Below, in pieces: positions 53,975 through 64,000 of a stretch of 64,000 nt of DNA. Source of the DNA: Anaeromyxobacteraceae bacterium (GTDB lineage Bacteria; Myxococcota; Myxococcia; Myxococcales; Anaeromyxobacteraceae); assembly GCA_047602405.1 (NCBI GenBank), contig JASGHJ010000002.1:128001-192000 (forward strand), given 5' to 3'. The notes under the pieces were generated by a model that had not been told where the DNA came from, made no database searches, and was given only the letters and a program-made list of their open reading frames with translations. The translations under genes and the position numbers were made by a program. Position 1 is the first letter of the stretch. The number at the start of each line of letters is the position of its first letter.

Positions 53975-55582
53975 TCACCGCCGCTCGGGCCACCCGCGGC
54001 GGCGGTCGCGCAGCATCTCGCGCGCGGCGTTGTAGCCGCAGATGCCCATCACGCCGCCGCCGGGGTGCGTGGCGGCGCCGCACAGGTAGAGGTTGCGGAT
54101 CGGCGTGCGGTAGTCGGAGAGGCCTGGCAGCGGGCGCATGAAGAGGAGCTGCGGGATCGTCATCGCACCCTGGAAGATGTTGCCGCCGGTGAGGCCGAAG
54201 CGCGCCTCGAGGTCCGGCGGCGCGAGCACCTCGCGGTGCAGCACGGAGGCCTTGAAGCCCGGGGCGTACTCCTCGAGCACGTCGAAGCAGCGGTCTGCGA
54301 AGCGGTCGCGCTCGGTGTCCCAGCTCCCTTGCGCGAGCTTGTAAGGCGCGTACTGCACGAACATCGACATGACGTGCTTGCCGGGCGGGGCGACGGTGGG
54401 GTCGACGACCGACGGGATGGTGCACTCGAGGATCGGGTCGGACGACGGCCGCCCGGCGCGCGCGTCGTCGAAGGCCTTCTCGAGGTAGTCCATCGTCGGC
54501 GACACGTGGATGGTGCCGCGGTGCCAGGGCTGCGGGCCCGCGCCGGGGCGCGCCCGGAAGTTCGGGACCGCGTCCAGCGCGACGTTGATCTTCACCGTGC
54601 CCGACGAGTAGTCGATCGCCTTCGCGCCGTCGGCGATCTCGGTTGGGAGATGCTTCTCCCCGACGAGCCCGAGGAGCGTGCGCGTCGCGTCGGCGTTCGA
54701 GGCGACCCGCTTCGCCCGGAGCTCGGTGCCGTCGCCGAGCACGACCCCGATGGCGGTCCCGCCCTCGACGAGGATCCGCGCGACGGGCGCGTTCACCCGG
54801 ATCTCCGCGCCCGCGGCGCGCGCCGCGGAGGCGATGGCCTCGGAGAGCCTGCCCATCCCGCCCTTCACGTAGCCCCACACGCCGCGGACGCCGTCGGTCT
54901 CGCCCATGACGTGGTGGAACAGCACGTAGGCGGTGCCCGGCGTCGAGGGGGACGCCCACGCGCCGATGATCGCGTCGGTCGCGAGCGTGGCCTTGAGCCC
55001 GTCGGACTCGAACCAGCGATCGAGGATCTGCCGCGCCGAGCCGGTCAGGACCTCGAGCGCGGCCGGGCCGTCCTTCCCGAGCGCGAGGAAGCGCCAGCCG
55101 GTGCGCCCGAGCCGGACGAGGTCGCCGAGGCGGCGGGCGAACGGGTCGGGCGGCGTCTCCACCAGGGTCGGCTCGATCGCGGCGGCGATCCGCTCGAGCA
55201 TGGCCTCGTAGCGCGGTAGACGCTCCGCGTCGCGAGGGGAGAGCTTCGACACCTCGGAGAGGGTCATCGCCCGGTCGGGGCCCATGAGCAGCGACCGGCC
55301 GTCGGGGAAGGGCGTGAAGGATGAGGGGTCCCGCTTCAGCACCTGGTAGCCGTGCCGGGCGAGCTCGAGGTCCCGGACGATCTCGGGACGGAAGAGGCTG
55401 ACCACGTAAGCGGCCGTGGACACGTGGAAGCCGGGCCAGCGCTCCTCGGTCGTGCAGGCGCCGCCGACCCGGTCGCGGCCCTCGAGGACCAGCACCTTCT
55501 CGCCGGCCTTCGCGAGGTACGCCGCGAGCACGAGGCCGTTGTGGCCGGCGCCGACCACGATGGTGTCGAAGGAGGTGGACAT
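53975..55582 (-). CDS. Phytoene-dehydrogenase-like NAD(P)/FAD oxidoreductase
   Basis: IVVGAGHNGL, GGMG, GGNIFQG, YLCGAATHPGGGVMG. Confidence 0.92.
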   Translation of the reverse strand: MSTSFDTIVVGAGHNGLVLAAYLAKAGEKVLVLEGRDRVGGACTTEERWPGFHVSTAAYVVSLFRPEIVRDLELARHGYQVLKRDPSSFTPFPDGRSLLMGPDRAMTLSEVSKLSPRDAERLPRYEAMLERIAAAIEPTLVETPPDPFARRLGDLVRLGRTGWRFLALGKDGPAALEVLTGSARQILDRWFESDGLKATLATDAIIGAWASPSTPGTAYVLFHHVMGETDGVRGVWGYVKGGMGRLSEAIASAARAAGAEIRVNAPVARILVEGGTAIGVVLGDGTELRAKRVASNADATRTLLGLVGEKHLPTEIADGAKAIDYSSGTVKINVALDAVPNFRARPGAGPQPWHRGTIHVSPTMDYLEKAFDDARAGRPSSDPILECTIPSVVDPTVAPPGKHVMSMFVQYAPYKLAQGSWDTERDRFADRCFDVLEEYAPGFKASVLHREVLAPPDLEARFGLTGGNIFQGAMTIPQLLFMRPLPGLSDYRTPIRNLYLCGAATHPGGGVMGICGYNAAREMLRDRRRGWPERR

Positions 55583-55746
55583 GCGGGGACCCTTCGTCAG
55601 GCGCTGCGCGGTGAGGTGCGGTGGGGAGCTCACGCTAACACGCCTACCCCTGGCGGGATCCGATAGCGCCCGGCACCGGGCGGGGGCTGTGAGGGTGGTC
55701 ACAGTCTTGGACGAGGGGCTCGTTTAGAACGAATCTAACGAACCGC

Positions 55747-56493
55747 ATGGGCCTCTCGTACATCGCGCTCGGCGTCGGAGACGCCTTCTCGGCCCGGCAC
55801 TACTCGGCGTGCCTCGCCGTGGAGTCCGGGGGGCGCTGGCTGCTCATCGACTGCCCGCACCCGATCAGGAAGGTGCTCCGCGAGGGCTCGCTCGAGTCGC
55901 AGGCGGGGCTCGACGTCGGGAGCTTCGAAGCGGTCGTCATCACGCACATCCACGGCGACCACTGCTCGGGCCTCGAGGGCTTCGGCCTCTACGCGTACTT
56001 CGCGCTCCACCGCCGGGTGATGCTCGCGATGCACCCCGAGTCGTCGAGGCGCCTGTGGGACGGGCGGCTCGCCGGCGGCATGGAGTCGATCGCCGACAAC
56101 CAGACCTGGGGCCCGGTGCCGCGGTCGTTCGCCGACTACTTCGACCTCACCGCGCTCGACGACACGAGGCCCGTCCAGATCGGGCCGTTCCGGGTCGAGG
56201 CCCGCCGGACGCTGCACCACGTGCCGACCTACGCGCTCCGGATCCACGCCGGCGGCAAGACGCTCGGCGTCTCCGCCGACACGGCCTACGACCCCGGCCT
56301 CATCGACTGGCTCTCCGGCTGCGACGCGATCGTCCACGAGACCGGGCACGGCATCCACACGCCCTACGCGAAGCTCGCGGCGCTCCCGGCGGAGCTCCGC
56401 CGGAAGATGCGGCTCACGCACATGCCGGACGATCTCGACCTCTCCGACGGGAAGGTCGAGCCGCTCGTGCAGGGCAGGAGATACGGGGTGTAG
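55747..56493 (+). CDS. MBL-fold metallohydrolase (RNase Z-like)
   Basis: LIDCP, THIHGDHC, HHVP, SADT, HET, LTH. Confidence 0.88.
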   Translation: MGLSYIALGVGDAFSARHYSACLAVESGGRWLLIDCPHPIRKVLREGSLESQAGLDVGSFEAVVITHIHGDHCSGLEGFGLYAYFALHRRVMLAMHPESSRRLWDGRLAGGMESIADNQTWGPVPRSFADYFDLTALDDTRPVQIGPFRVEARRTLHHVPTYALRIHAGGKTLGVSADTAYDPGLIDWLSGCDAIVHETGHGIHTPYAKLAALPAELRRKMRLTHMPDDLDLSDGKVEPLVQGRRYGV

Positions 56494-56499
56494 CCCGGG

Positions 56500-56557
56500 C
56501 CCGCTCGTCCTTCGACTTCGGGCCCGCTTCGCGGGCCCTACGCTCAGGATGAGCGGA
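56500..56557 (+). repeat. REP-like repeat, family B copy 2, between convergent genes
   Basis: Outer stem CCGCTCGTCCT/AGGATGAGCGG; inner hairpin GGGCCCGC-TTC-GCGGGCCC; shares flanks with 31029-31079. Confidence 0.78.
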
Positions 56558-56567
56558 CTCTCGGAAG

Positions 56568-58205
56568 CTATGCCCTGCCCGACAGGTGTCTGAGGCCCGG
56601 GCCCTCGCGGCCGGTGCTCGCGACGTACTCCCGGTAGCCGCCGCCGTACGGCACCGCGCCCTCCGGCGCGAGCTCGAGCACCCGGTTCGAGAGCGCGGCC
56701 AGGAAGCGCCGGTCGTGCGAGACGAAGATCATCGTGCCCTCGTAACCCGAGAGCGCGCGGACCAGCATCTCCTTCGTCCCGACGTCGAGGTGGTTCGTGG
56801 GCTCGTCGAGGACGAGCAGGTTGGGCGGATCGTAGAGGAGCGTGGCGAGCACGAGCCGCGCCCGCTCGCCGCCGGAGAGCACCCGGCACTTCTTCTCGAT
56901 GGCGTCCCCGGAGAAGCCGAAGCAGCCGGCGAGCGTGCGGAGCGAGCCGATCGAGGCGCGCGGGAACCGGTCCTGGAGCGTGTCCCAGACGGTCTTCTCG
57001 CCCTCGAGGAGCTCCATCGCGTGCTGGGCGAAGTAGCCCATCTTCACGCTGCCCCCCACGGTGACCTCGCCCTGGTCCGCCTTCGACTCGCCGGCCACGA
57101 GCTTGAGGAGCGTGGTCTTCCCGGCGCCGTTCGCGCCGAGGATGCACCAGCGCTCGCCGCGGCGGACCAGGAGGTCCAGGCCGTCGTAGACCTTCCGCTG
57201 GCCGTAGGCCTTCTTGATGCCGGCGAGCCGCACCACGTCCTCGCCGGAGCGGGGCGGGGCGCGGAACTCGAACTCGACGGTCTTGCGGGTCGGCGGCGGC
57301 TCGACCTTCTCGATCTTGTCGAGCTTCTTCACCCGGGACTGGACCTGGGCGGCGTGCGAGGCGCGCGCCTTGAAGCGCTCGATGAAGGCGAGCTCCTTCT
57401 TGAGCATCGCCTGCTGGCGCTCGTACTGGGCCTGCTGGTGGGACTCGGCGATGGCCCGCTCGCGCTCGTAGAAGTCGTAGTCGCCCGAGTAGGTGGTGAG
57501 CTCGCCGCCGTCGATCTCGATGATCTTCGTGATGACCCGGTTCATGAACTCGCGGTCGTGCGAGGTCATGAGCACCGCGCCCTCGTAGGCGTGCAGGAAC
57601 TCCTCGAGCCAGATGATCGACTCGAGGTCGAGGTGGTTGGTGGGCTCGTCGAGGAGCAGCGCGTCGGGCCGCATGAGCAGGATGCGCGCGAGCGCGACCC
57701 GCATCTTCCAGCCGCCGGAGAGCGCGCCGACGTCGCCGTCCTGCATCTCGGGCGAGAACCCGAGCCCGGCGAGGACCTCGCGGGCCCTCGCCTCGAGCGC
57801 GTACCCGCCGAGCTCGTCGAAGCGGGCCTGCACCTGCCCGAAGCGCTCGACGAGCGCCTCCAGCTCGTCGGCCCGGTCCGGGTCGGCGAGCGCGTGCTCG
57901 AGCCGGTGCAGCTCGGCCGCGACCTCGGAGACCGGGCCGGCGCCGTCCATCGTCTCCTCGACGGCGGAGCGGCCCTTCATCTCGCCCACGTCCTGGCCGA
58001 AGTGGCCGACGGTGACGCCGCGGTCGACGGAGACGGAGCCCTCGTCGGGCGCCTCGTCGCGGGTGACGAGGCGGAAGAGGGTGGACTTGCCGGCGCCGTT
58101 CGGGCCGACGAGGCCCACCTTCTCGCCCCGGTGGACGACGGCAGAGGCCTCGATGAAGAGGACCTGCTTGCCGTGCTGCATGGAGATGCCGTCGAAGCGG
58201 ATCAC
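56568..58205 (-). CDS. ABC-F family ATPase
   Basis: Two ABC domains (GPNGAGKST, LSGGW, DEPTNHLD; GANGAGKTT, LSGGE), no TM. Confidence 0.95.
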   Translation of the reverse strand: MIRFDGISMQHGKQVLFIEASAVVHRGEKVGLVGPNGAGKSTLFRLVTRDEAPDEGSVSVDRGVTVGHFGQDVGEMKGRSAVEETMDGAGPVSEVAAELHRLEHALADPDRADELEALVERFGQVQARFDELGGYALEARAREVLAGLGFSPEMQDGDVGALSGGWKMRVALARILLMRPDALLLDEPTNHLDLESIIWLEEFLHAYEGAVLMTSHDREFMNRVITKIIEIDGGELTTYSGDYDFYERERAIAESHQQAQYERQQAMLKKELAFIERFKARASHAAQVQSRVKKLDKIEKVEPPPTRKTVEFEFRAPPRSGEDVVRLAGIKKAYGQRKVYDGLDLLVRRGERWCILGANGAGKTTLLKLVAGESKADQGEVTVGGSVKMGYFAQHAMELLEGEKTVWDTLQDRFPRASIGSLRTLAGCFGFSGDAIEKKCRVLSGGERARLVLATLLYDPPNLLVLDEPTNHLDVGTKEMLVRALSGYEGTMIFVSHDRRFLAALSNRVLELAPEGAVPYGGGYREYVASTGREGPGLRHLSGRA

Positions 58206-58206
58206 G

Positions 58207-61200
58207 TTACTTGGCCACCGAGTGCAGTGCGCCGGCCGCGGCGGAGTCCTCGTCCTTGCCCTCGATCTTCGCCGGGTGCCAGAACCGCTGGCGGAGCCCG
58301 TCGAGGAGCGAGTAGACGACCGGCACGATGCCGAGCGTGAGCACCGTGGAGGTGAGGAGGCCGCCGATGACGGTGACCGCCATCGGGACGCGGATCTCTG
58401 CGCCGTCGCCCGTCGCGAGCGCGACCGGGATCATGCCGGCGATCATCGCGACCGAGGTCATGAGGATCGGGCGCAGGCGGATCGGGCCGGCCTCGAGGAG
58501 GGCCTCCTTCGTGGACTTCCCGGCCTCCTTGAGCTGGTTCGTGAACTCGACGAGGAGGATGCCGTTCTTCGTCACGAGCCCCATCAGCATGATGAAGCCG
58601 ATCATGGCCATCATCGACATGTACTGCCCGGCGATGAGCAGGCCGCCGAGCCCGCCGATGACGGCGAAGGGCAGCGACATCATGATCGTGAACGGGTGCA
58701 CGAGGCTCTCGAACTGCGCCGCGAGCACGATGTAGACGAGCACGATGCCGAGGAGCAGCGCCATGCCGAAGGCCTTGCCGGCCTTGCCGAGCTCCCGGGC
58801 CTGGCCCTCGAAGTCGTAGGTGACGCCGAGGGGCTTCAGCTCCTTGTCCGCGAAGGCCGTGAGGTCGGCGGTGGCCTGACCCATCGCGTAACCCTTCAGC
58901 TCGGCGAGCATCGTCACCTGGCGGATCTGCGCCTGGTGCTCGATCTGCGACGGGCCGAGCGCCGGCACGACGCTCGCGACCGCGCGGAGCTCCACGAGCT
59001 GGCCGGACGGCGCGCGCACCGGGACCGAGCCGAGCGCGCCGGGGTCGGCGAGCACGGCGGGCGGCAAGCGGACCTTGATGTCGTAGGTCTCGCCGCGGCT
59101 GCGGAAGTCGGCGACCTTGTCGCCGCCCATCAGCGCGCGGACGTTCTGGCCCAGCATGGCGGCCGGGATGCCGACCGAGGCGGCGCGCTCGCGGTCCACC
59201 TCGACCTCGAGCTGCGGCTTGCCGGTGCGCCAGGTGGTGTCGACGTCCACGTAGCCCTTGTTCGCGAGCATGTGCGCGCGGGTCTTCTCGACGGCCTGGA
59301 GGAGCTTCTCCTGATCGTAGGTGCGCAGGTTGAACTGCACCGGCTGCGAGCGGTTGCCGCCGCCCGCCATCGGGTTGTAGTCCTGCACCGAGACGATCGC
59401 GGTCGGGCTGGAGCGGAGCGTGGCGCGCAGGTGGCTCTTCAGCTGGTCCTGCCCGTAGGTGCGCTGCTTGCGCGGGACGAAGTCCACCAGGATCTCGCCC
59501 TTGTTGACCTCCTCGAGCGCGCCGCCGCCGACCGTTGCGAAGGTCTCCCTCACGCCGGGGACGGCGAGCGCCTGGCGCGAGAGGTCGTCGAGCTGGCGGC
59601 GGGTCTCCTCGAGCGTGGTGCCGGACGGCAGCTCGAGGGTGACCTTCACGAGCGACATGTCCTGCGTCGGGATGAAGGTCGTCTTGAGGAAGCGGGCCAT
59701 GCCGAACGTCGCGAGGAGCACGACCGTGGCCACGGCCATGGTGACGGCGCGGTGGTCGAGCACCCACCCGAGCGCACGGCGGTAGATCCGCTCGATCCGG
59801 GTGAGGAAGCCCTCGATGGCGGCGAAGACCGGGCCGTGCGCCTCGTGGGTGCGGAGCACGCGGGCGGAGAACATCGGCGTGAGCGTCATCGAGACCGCGT
59901 ACGAGATGAGCACCGCGACCGCGACGGTGACGCCGAACTGGTAGAAGAACCGGCCCATCATGCCCTCCATGAAGGCGACGGGCACGAACACGGCCACGAC
60001 CGACAGCGTCACCGCGAGCACGGCGAGGGCGATCTCGCTCGTGCCCTTGCGGGCGGCCTCCCAGGGCGACTCGCCGTGCTCGATGTGGCGGACGATGTTC
60101 TCGATCACGACGATCGCGTCGTCGATGAGGAGGCCGATCGAGAGGGTGAGCGCCAGCATCGTCACGACGTTGAAGGTGAAGTCGAGCGCGTGCATCACCG
60201 CGAAGGTGCCGACGATGGAGGTCGGCAGCGCGACCGCGGAGACGAGGGTCGAGCGCCAGTTGCGCAGGAAGATGAGGACGACGAGCACGGCGAGGATGCC
60301 GCCGATGACCATGTCCTCCTTCACCGAGTCGATGGACCCCTTGATGAACTTCGCGCCGTCGAAGACGAGCTTGACCTCGCCGCCCTTCGGGAGCTGGGCC
60401 TGGAGCCGCGGGAGCGCCTGCTTGATCACCTCCGCGACCTCGACGGTGTTGGCGCCCGACTGCTTCTTGATGACGAGGCCGAGGGCGGCGCGGTCGCCGA
60501 GGCGGGCCGAGGAGCGGGCCTCGGCGGGGCCGTCGATGACCTGGGCGACGTCGCCGAGCCGGACGGGCACGCCGCCCGGGCTCGCCACCACGATGGACCG
60601 GAGCTCCTCGACGGTGTGGGCCTCGCCGGCGAGCTTCACCGTGCGCTCCACGCCCGCCTCGAGCGTGCGGCCGCCGGGGACGTCGACGTTCTGCGCCTTC
60701 AGCGCGTTCACGACGTCGGAGGGGGCGAGCCCGACGCCCTTCAGCGCGGAGGGGTCCACCACCACGTTGATCTCGCGCTTCTGCCCGCCGAGCACGTCCA
60801 CCGACCCCACCCCCGCGACCTGCTGGAGGCTCGGCTTCAGCACGTCGTCGGCGAGCCGGGTCAGCTCCTCGATCGGCACCGGCGCCGAGAAGGCGAGGGT
60901 GACGATGGGGAGCGAGCCGAGGTCGAGCTTCTGGACGATGGGGGTCTGGATCTCGCGGGGGAGCTTCGAGAGCGTCGCCTGGACCTTGTCGCGCACGTCC
61001 TGGGCGGCGACGTCCGCGTTGCGCTCGAGCTCGAACCGCACGATGACCTGCGAGACGTTCTCGACGTTGACCGAGCGGAGCGTGTCGAGGCCGGTGACGG
61101 TGTTGAGGGCCTCCTCGAGGGGCTTCGTGACCTGCTCCTCGATGGTCTCCGGATCGGCGCCGGGGAGCACGGTGACGACGGTGACGAACGGGAACTCGAC

Positions 61201-61311
61201 CTTGGGGTACTGGTCGACGCCGATTTTCGGGTAGGCGGACAGGCCGAACACGACGACGGCGAGGACGAGCATCCCGGTGAAGACCGGGCGGCTGATGAAG
61301 GTCTTGATCAC
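58207..61311 (-). CDS. RND efflux permease (AcrB/AcrD/AcrF family)
   Basis: FISRPV, GLLIDDAIVVIENI, GLVTKNGILLVEF, RLRPILMTS. Confidence 0.96.
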   Translation of the reverse strand: MIKTFISRPVFTGMLVLAVVVFGLSAYPKIGVDQYPKVEFPFVTVVTVLPGADPETIEEQVTKPLEEALNTVTGLDTLRSVNVENVSQVIVRFELERNADVAAQDVRDKVQATLSKLPREIQTPIVQKLDLGSLPIVTLAFSAPVPIEELTRLADDVLKPSLQQVAGVGSVDVLGGQKREINVVVDPSALKGVGLAPSDVVNALKAQNVDVPGGRTLEAGVERTVKLAGEAHTVEELRSIVVASPGGVPVRLGDVAQVIDGPAEARSSARLGDRAALGLVIKKQSGANTVEVAEVIKQALPRLQAQLPKGGEVKLVFDGAKFIKGSIDSVKEDMVIGGILAVLVVLIFLRNWRSTLVSAVALPTSIVGTFAVMHALDFTFNVVTMLALTLSIGLLIDDAIVVIENIVRHIEHGESPWEAARKGTSEIALAVLAVTLSVVAVFVPVAFMEGMMGRFFYQFGVTVAVAVLISYAVSMTLTPMFSARVLRTHEAHGPVFAAIEGFLTRIERIYRRALGWVLDHRAVTMAVATVVLLATFGMARFLKTTFIPTQDMSLVKVTLELPSGTTLEETRRQLDDLSRQALAVPGVRETFATVGGGALEEVNKGEILVDFVPRKQRTYGQDQLKSHLRATLRSSPTAIVSVQDYNPMAGGGNRSQPVQFNLRTYDQEKLLQAVEKTRAHMLANKGYVDVDTTWRTGKPQLEVEVDRERAASVGIPAAMLGQNVRALMGGDKVADFRSRGETYDIKVRLPPAVLADPGALGSVPVRAPSGQLVELRAVASVVPALGPSQIEHQAQIRQVTMLAELKGYAMGQATADLTAFADKELKPLGVTYDFEGQARELGKAGKAFGMALLLGIVLVYIVLAAQFESLVHPFTIMMSLPFAVIGGLGGLLIAGQYMSMMAMIGFIMLMGLVTKNGILLVEFTNQLKEAGKSTKEALLEAGPIRLRPILMTSVAMIAGMIPVALATGDGAEIRVPMAVTVIGGLLTSTVLTLGIVPVVYSLLDGLRQRFWHPAKIEGKDEDSAAAGALHSVAK

Positions 61312-61329
61312 GGCGGGCTCCTGTTCCTG

Positions 61330-62409
61330 CTAGTCGGCGAGCGGGACGATGGCGTCGCCCGCAGCGAGGGTGCCGGGGTCGAGCACCACCTGCGCGTCGG
61401 GCGCGAGGCCGGACACCGCGACGGTGCCGGGGTTCACGCCGGACGACTTCACGTCGCGGCGCGCGGCCTTGCCGCCGTCCACCACGAGCACGTAGGCGGC
61501 CTGGCCCTCGGTGCGCACCGCGGAGGTGGGGAGGAAGAGGTCACCCTTCACGGCGAAGGCGCCGAGGTCGACGGTGGCGATGGTGCCGGGCTTCAGGCCT
61601 GCGCCCGGGTCCACGTCGGCGAGCACCTCGAGGGTGCGGTTCTGGGGGTCGATCGACGGCCCCTTCGCGCGGACCTTCGCGCCGAACTTCTGGCCGTTGA
61701 GGGTCGCGACGCCGGTGATGGCGGTGCCCGGGTTCGCGAAGGCGGCGAGCGCCTCGGGGACCATCAGGCGGAGCTCCAGGTGGTCGACGTCGGTGATGCC
61801 GACGAGCGGGGTGACCGGGACGGCGCTCACGGTGTCGCCGGCCGCGTGGAAGCGGGCGGTGATGACGCCGTCGAACGGCGCGCGGATGTAGGTGTCGGAG
61901 AGGTTCTGCTCGGCGAGGGCGAGGCCGGCCCGGGCCTGGTCGAGCTGGGCCGCGGCGACGTCGCGCATCGTCTGGGCCTTCTCGAACGCGGCCTGGGCCA
62001 TGCCGTCCTCGCTGCGGAGCGTCTTCGCGCGGGCGAGGTCGCGCTCGGCGTTCGCGAGGTTGGCCTCGGCGAGCTTCACCGCCGCGGTGCCGTTCGCGAC
62101 CTGGATGCGGGCCATCGCGTCGTCCATCTCGACGAGCGTCTGGCCCTTCCTCACCTTGTCGCCGACCTGCACGCGGACCGCCTTCACCTGCCCGGTGCCC
62201 TTCGCGGCGAGGGTCGCCTCGTTGAGCGAGCGGACGGTGCCGGTCGCCTTCGAGAGGCCGGTCTCGACGCGGGCGGACGGCTTCGCCACGCGGACGGCGC
62301 GGGCGGGGGCCTCGCCGGCGGCGGGGAGGGAGGCCTTGTCGCCGTGGCCGGCGCAGGCGGAGAGGGCGAGGGCGGCGGCGGCGACTGCTGCGAGCTGGGT
62401 GCGGGTCAT
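61330..62409 (-). CDS. RND periplasmic adaptor (membrane fusion protein)
   Basis: Lipobox LSAC; GDKVRKGQ.L, IRAPFDGVI. Confidence 0.93.
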   Translation of the reverse strand: MTRTQLAAVAAAALALSACAGHGDKASLPAAGEAPARAVRVAKPSARVETGLSKATGTVRSLNEATLAAKGTGQVKAVRVQVGDKVRKGQTLVEMDDAMARIQVANGTAAVKLAEANLANAERDLARAKTLRSEDGMAQAAFEKAQTMRDVAAAQLDQARAGLALAEQNLSDTYIRAPFDGVITARFHAAGDTVSAVPVTPLVGITDVDHLELRLMVPEALAAFANPGTAITGVATLNGQKFGAKVRAKGPSIDPQNRTLEVLADVDPGAGLKPGTIATVDLGAFAVKGDLFLPTSAVRTEGQAAYVLVVDGGKAARRDVKSSGVNPGTVAVSGLAPDAQVVLDPGTLAAGDAIVPLAD

Positions 62410-62415
62410 GGTCGT

Positions 62416-63069
62416 TCAGGCTCCACGCCGGCCGTCGATCGGCGCGGCGATTCCGTTGAGGACGAGGTCCGCGAGCTGGCGCGGGAGGTCGGGGTCGGGG
62501 GCGGCCCCGTCCTCGGGGCAGCCCAGGAAGGCGAAGGCGAGGCCGGCGATGGCGCGGGCGGCCATCGGGGTGGGCAGGCGGAGCTCGCCCTTCTTCACGT
62601 GGCGGTGCAGCCAGCCGGCCATGTGCCGCTCGTAGAAGGCGAGGCCGGTGTGGCGGCTGCCGAGCTTCTTCCCGAGCGCGGCGAGCGCCTCGGAGGCGTC
62701 CGGCAGGCGGATGAGGGCGATCATGTGCCGGTGGTGCTCGCGGGTCGCGAGCTTCGCCTGCTCGGCGAAGAGCGCCTGCAGCCGGACCGTGAGCGGGAGG
62801 GACGGGTCGGCCGGCGTCGTGAACGTCGCGCCGAAGTCCTCCGCGAGGAGCTCGAGGAGGCTCTGGAAGATCTCCTCCTTGCTCCCGAAGTAGCGGTAGA
62901 GGGAGGGCGCGGCGAAGCCGGCGGCCTCGGCGAGCTCCTGGAGCGTCGCGGCGGCGTAGCCGCGGCGCGAGAACACCTCCGCGGCCGCGAGGAGGATGTC
63001 GCGCCGGGCGTGCTCCCGCGCGCGCTCGCGGCGGGAAGGAACGGAGGGTTCGGTACTGCGAATCGCCAT
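62416..63069 (-). CDS. TetR/AcrR family regulator
   Basis: ILLAAAEVF.RRGY..ATLQELAEAAG....SLYRYF.SKEEIF. Confidence 0.93.
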   Translation of the reverse strand: MAIRSTEPSVPSRRERAREHARRDILLAAAEVFSRRGYAAATLQELAEAAGFAAPSLYRYFGSKEEIFQSLLELLAEDFGATFTTPADPSLPLTVRLQALFAEQAKLATREHHRHMIALIRLPDASEALAALGKKLGSRHTGLAFYERHMAGWLHRHVKKGELRLPTPMAARAIAGLAFAFLGCPEDGAAPDPDLPRQLADLVLNGIAAPIDGRRGA

Positions 63070-63073
63070 TCGC
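63058..63073. promoter_or_regulatory. Candidate TetR operator GCGAAT-CGCC-ATTCGC over the tetR start codon
   Basis: 6-4-6 inverted repeat at a typical autoregulatory position. Confidence 0.45.
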
Positions 63074-63200
63074 GTCCGTTTAACACCCGTTCCCCGGGCG
63101 TGCAAGGGGGTTCGCGCGACCCCATCCAGGTTCCGGATCGCGAATACTCCGTCACACGCGGGAAATCAGCGCTTCCGGGAGGGGGCCTACGGTCGGGGGC

Positions 63201-64000
63201 ATGAAGCGCTGCGCACCCGTGGTCCTCGTCCTCCTCCTCTCCGCCGCCTGCGCCGTCGGGCCCCAGTACGTGCGCCCCGAGGGCACCTCCCGGGCGGCCT
63301 GGGCCGGGAGGTCCACCGCCGTCGCCGGCCCCGTCCCGCACGATGGGACCTCGCCCGGCGAGGCCTCGCTCGCCCGCTGGTGGGAGGGGCTCGGCGACCC
63401 GACCCTCACCGCCCTCGTCGAGCGCGCCCGCGCGGGCGGCCTCACGGTCCAGGCGGCCGCCGCGCGGCTCCAGGAGGCCCGCGCCCGGCGCGGCGGCGCC
63501 GCGGCCGACCTCGCCCCGTCCGTCTCGGCCTCCGCGCAGGCGGCGCGGCAGGGCACCCGGGCCGCCTCCGGCGGCGCCTGGCAGGCGCAGTCGACCTGGC
63601 AGGCCGGCCTCGACGCGAGCTGGGAGCTCGATTCTCTTCGGCGGGAAGCGCCGCGCGCTCGAGGCCGCGGGTGCCACCCTTCAGGCCGCGGAGGCGGACG
63701 TCCGCGACGCCGAGGTCAGCCTCGCCGCCGAGGTGGGGCTCGCCTACGTCTCCCTGCGCACCGGGGAGGCGCGCCTCGCGCTCGCGCGCCGCAACCTCGC
63801 GGCGCTCCAGGAGACGGCCGACCTCACCCGCTGGCGCGCCGAAGCCGGCCTCACCACCGCGCTCGACGCCGAGCAGGCGAGGGCGAACCTGGAGCAGGAG
63901 CGCGCCGCGCTCCCGCCGCTCGAGGCGGCCATCGCCTCCGACCGGAATGCGCTCGCGGTGCTCGCGGGCGAGGAGCCGGGCGCGCTCGACGCGCTGCTCG
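63201..64000 (+). CDS. RND outer-membrane factor lipoprotein (NodT/TolC family), partial; frameshift ~63632
   Basis: Lipobox SAAC, VGPQY.RP, WWE.LGDPTL..LV; removing one T from GATTC restores SWELDLFGG; absent from the ORF track. Confidence 0.88.
   Translation, partial: MKRCAPVVLVLLLSAACAVGPQYVRPEGTSRAAWAGRSTAVAGPVPHDGTSPGEASLARWWEGLGDPTLTALVERARAGGLTVQAAAARLQEARARRGGAAADLAPSVSASAQAARQGTRAASGGAWQAQSTWQAGLDASWELDSLRREAPRARGRGCHPSGRGGGRPRRRGQPRRRGGARLRLPAHRGGAPRARAPQPRGAPGDGRPHPLARRSRPHHRARRRAGEGEPGAGARRAPAARGGHRLRPECARGARGRGAGRARRAA

Noticed and set aside
55721..55740. Near-palindrome CGTTTAGA-ACGAA-TCTAACG before the MBL gene
   Set aside because: Imperfect, single copy, and may just be AT-rich promoter sequence

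Overview
A very GC-rich bacterial chromosome window. Gene content and style suggest Myxococcota, probably Anaeromyxobacter-like (inference). Housekeeping genes include dnaE, topA, radA, galU, glpK and bioB-bioF, the last with a BirA-type operator. The window also holds a cobalamin-riboswitch-controlled B12 uptake locus, several signalling genes (REC-GGEEF, hybrid kinase with a sigma54 activator, RsbQ/KAI2-like hydrolase with a PAS kinase, a probable pseudokinase-TPR, ECF sigma, LuxR) and an RND efflux system. I found no tRNA, rRNA, CRISPR array or transposase. Best leads: (1) a BlaI / M56-HEAT / secreted-HEAT module with a duplicated palindromic operator and a shared C-terminal (Pro-Trp)n tail; (2) a two-gene cassette of secreted Cys-rich proteins, one with four repeats I do not recognise and one with PAN-like domains plus an aerolysin-small-lobe (APT)-like domain; (3) all six frameshifts lie at or beside GATC-type sites, pointing to long-read errors caused by a GATC DNA modification rather than real pseudogenes. 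Smaller leads are a sigma54-type promoter ahead of a small-protein/comEA pair, many apparently leaderless genes, and dispersed REP-like repeats. All family assignments come from motif recognition by eye; no searches were run.
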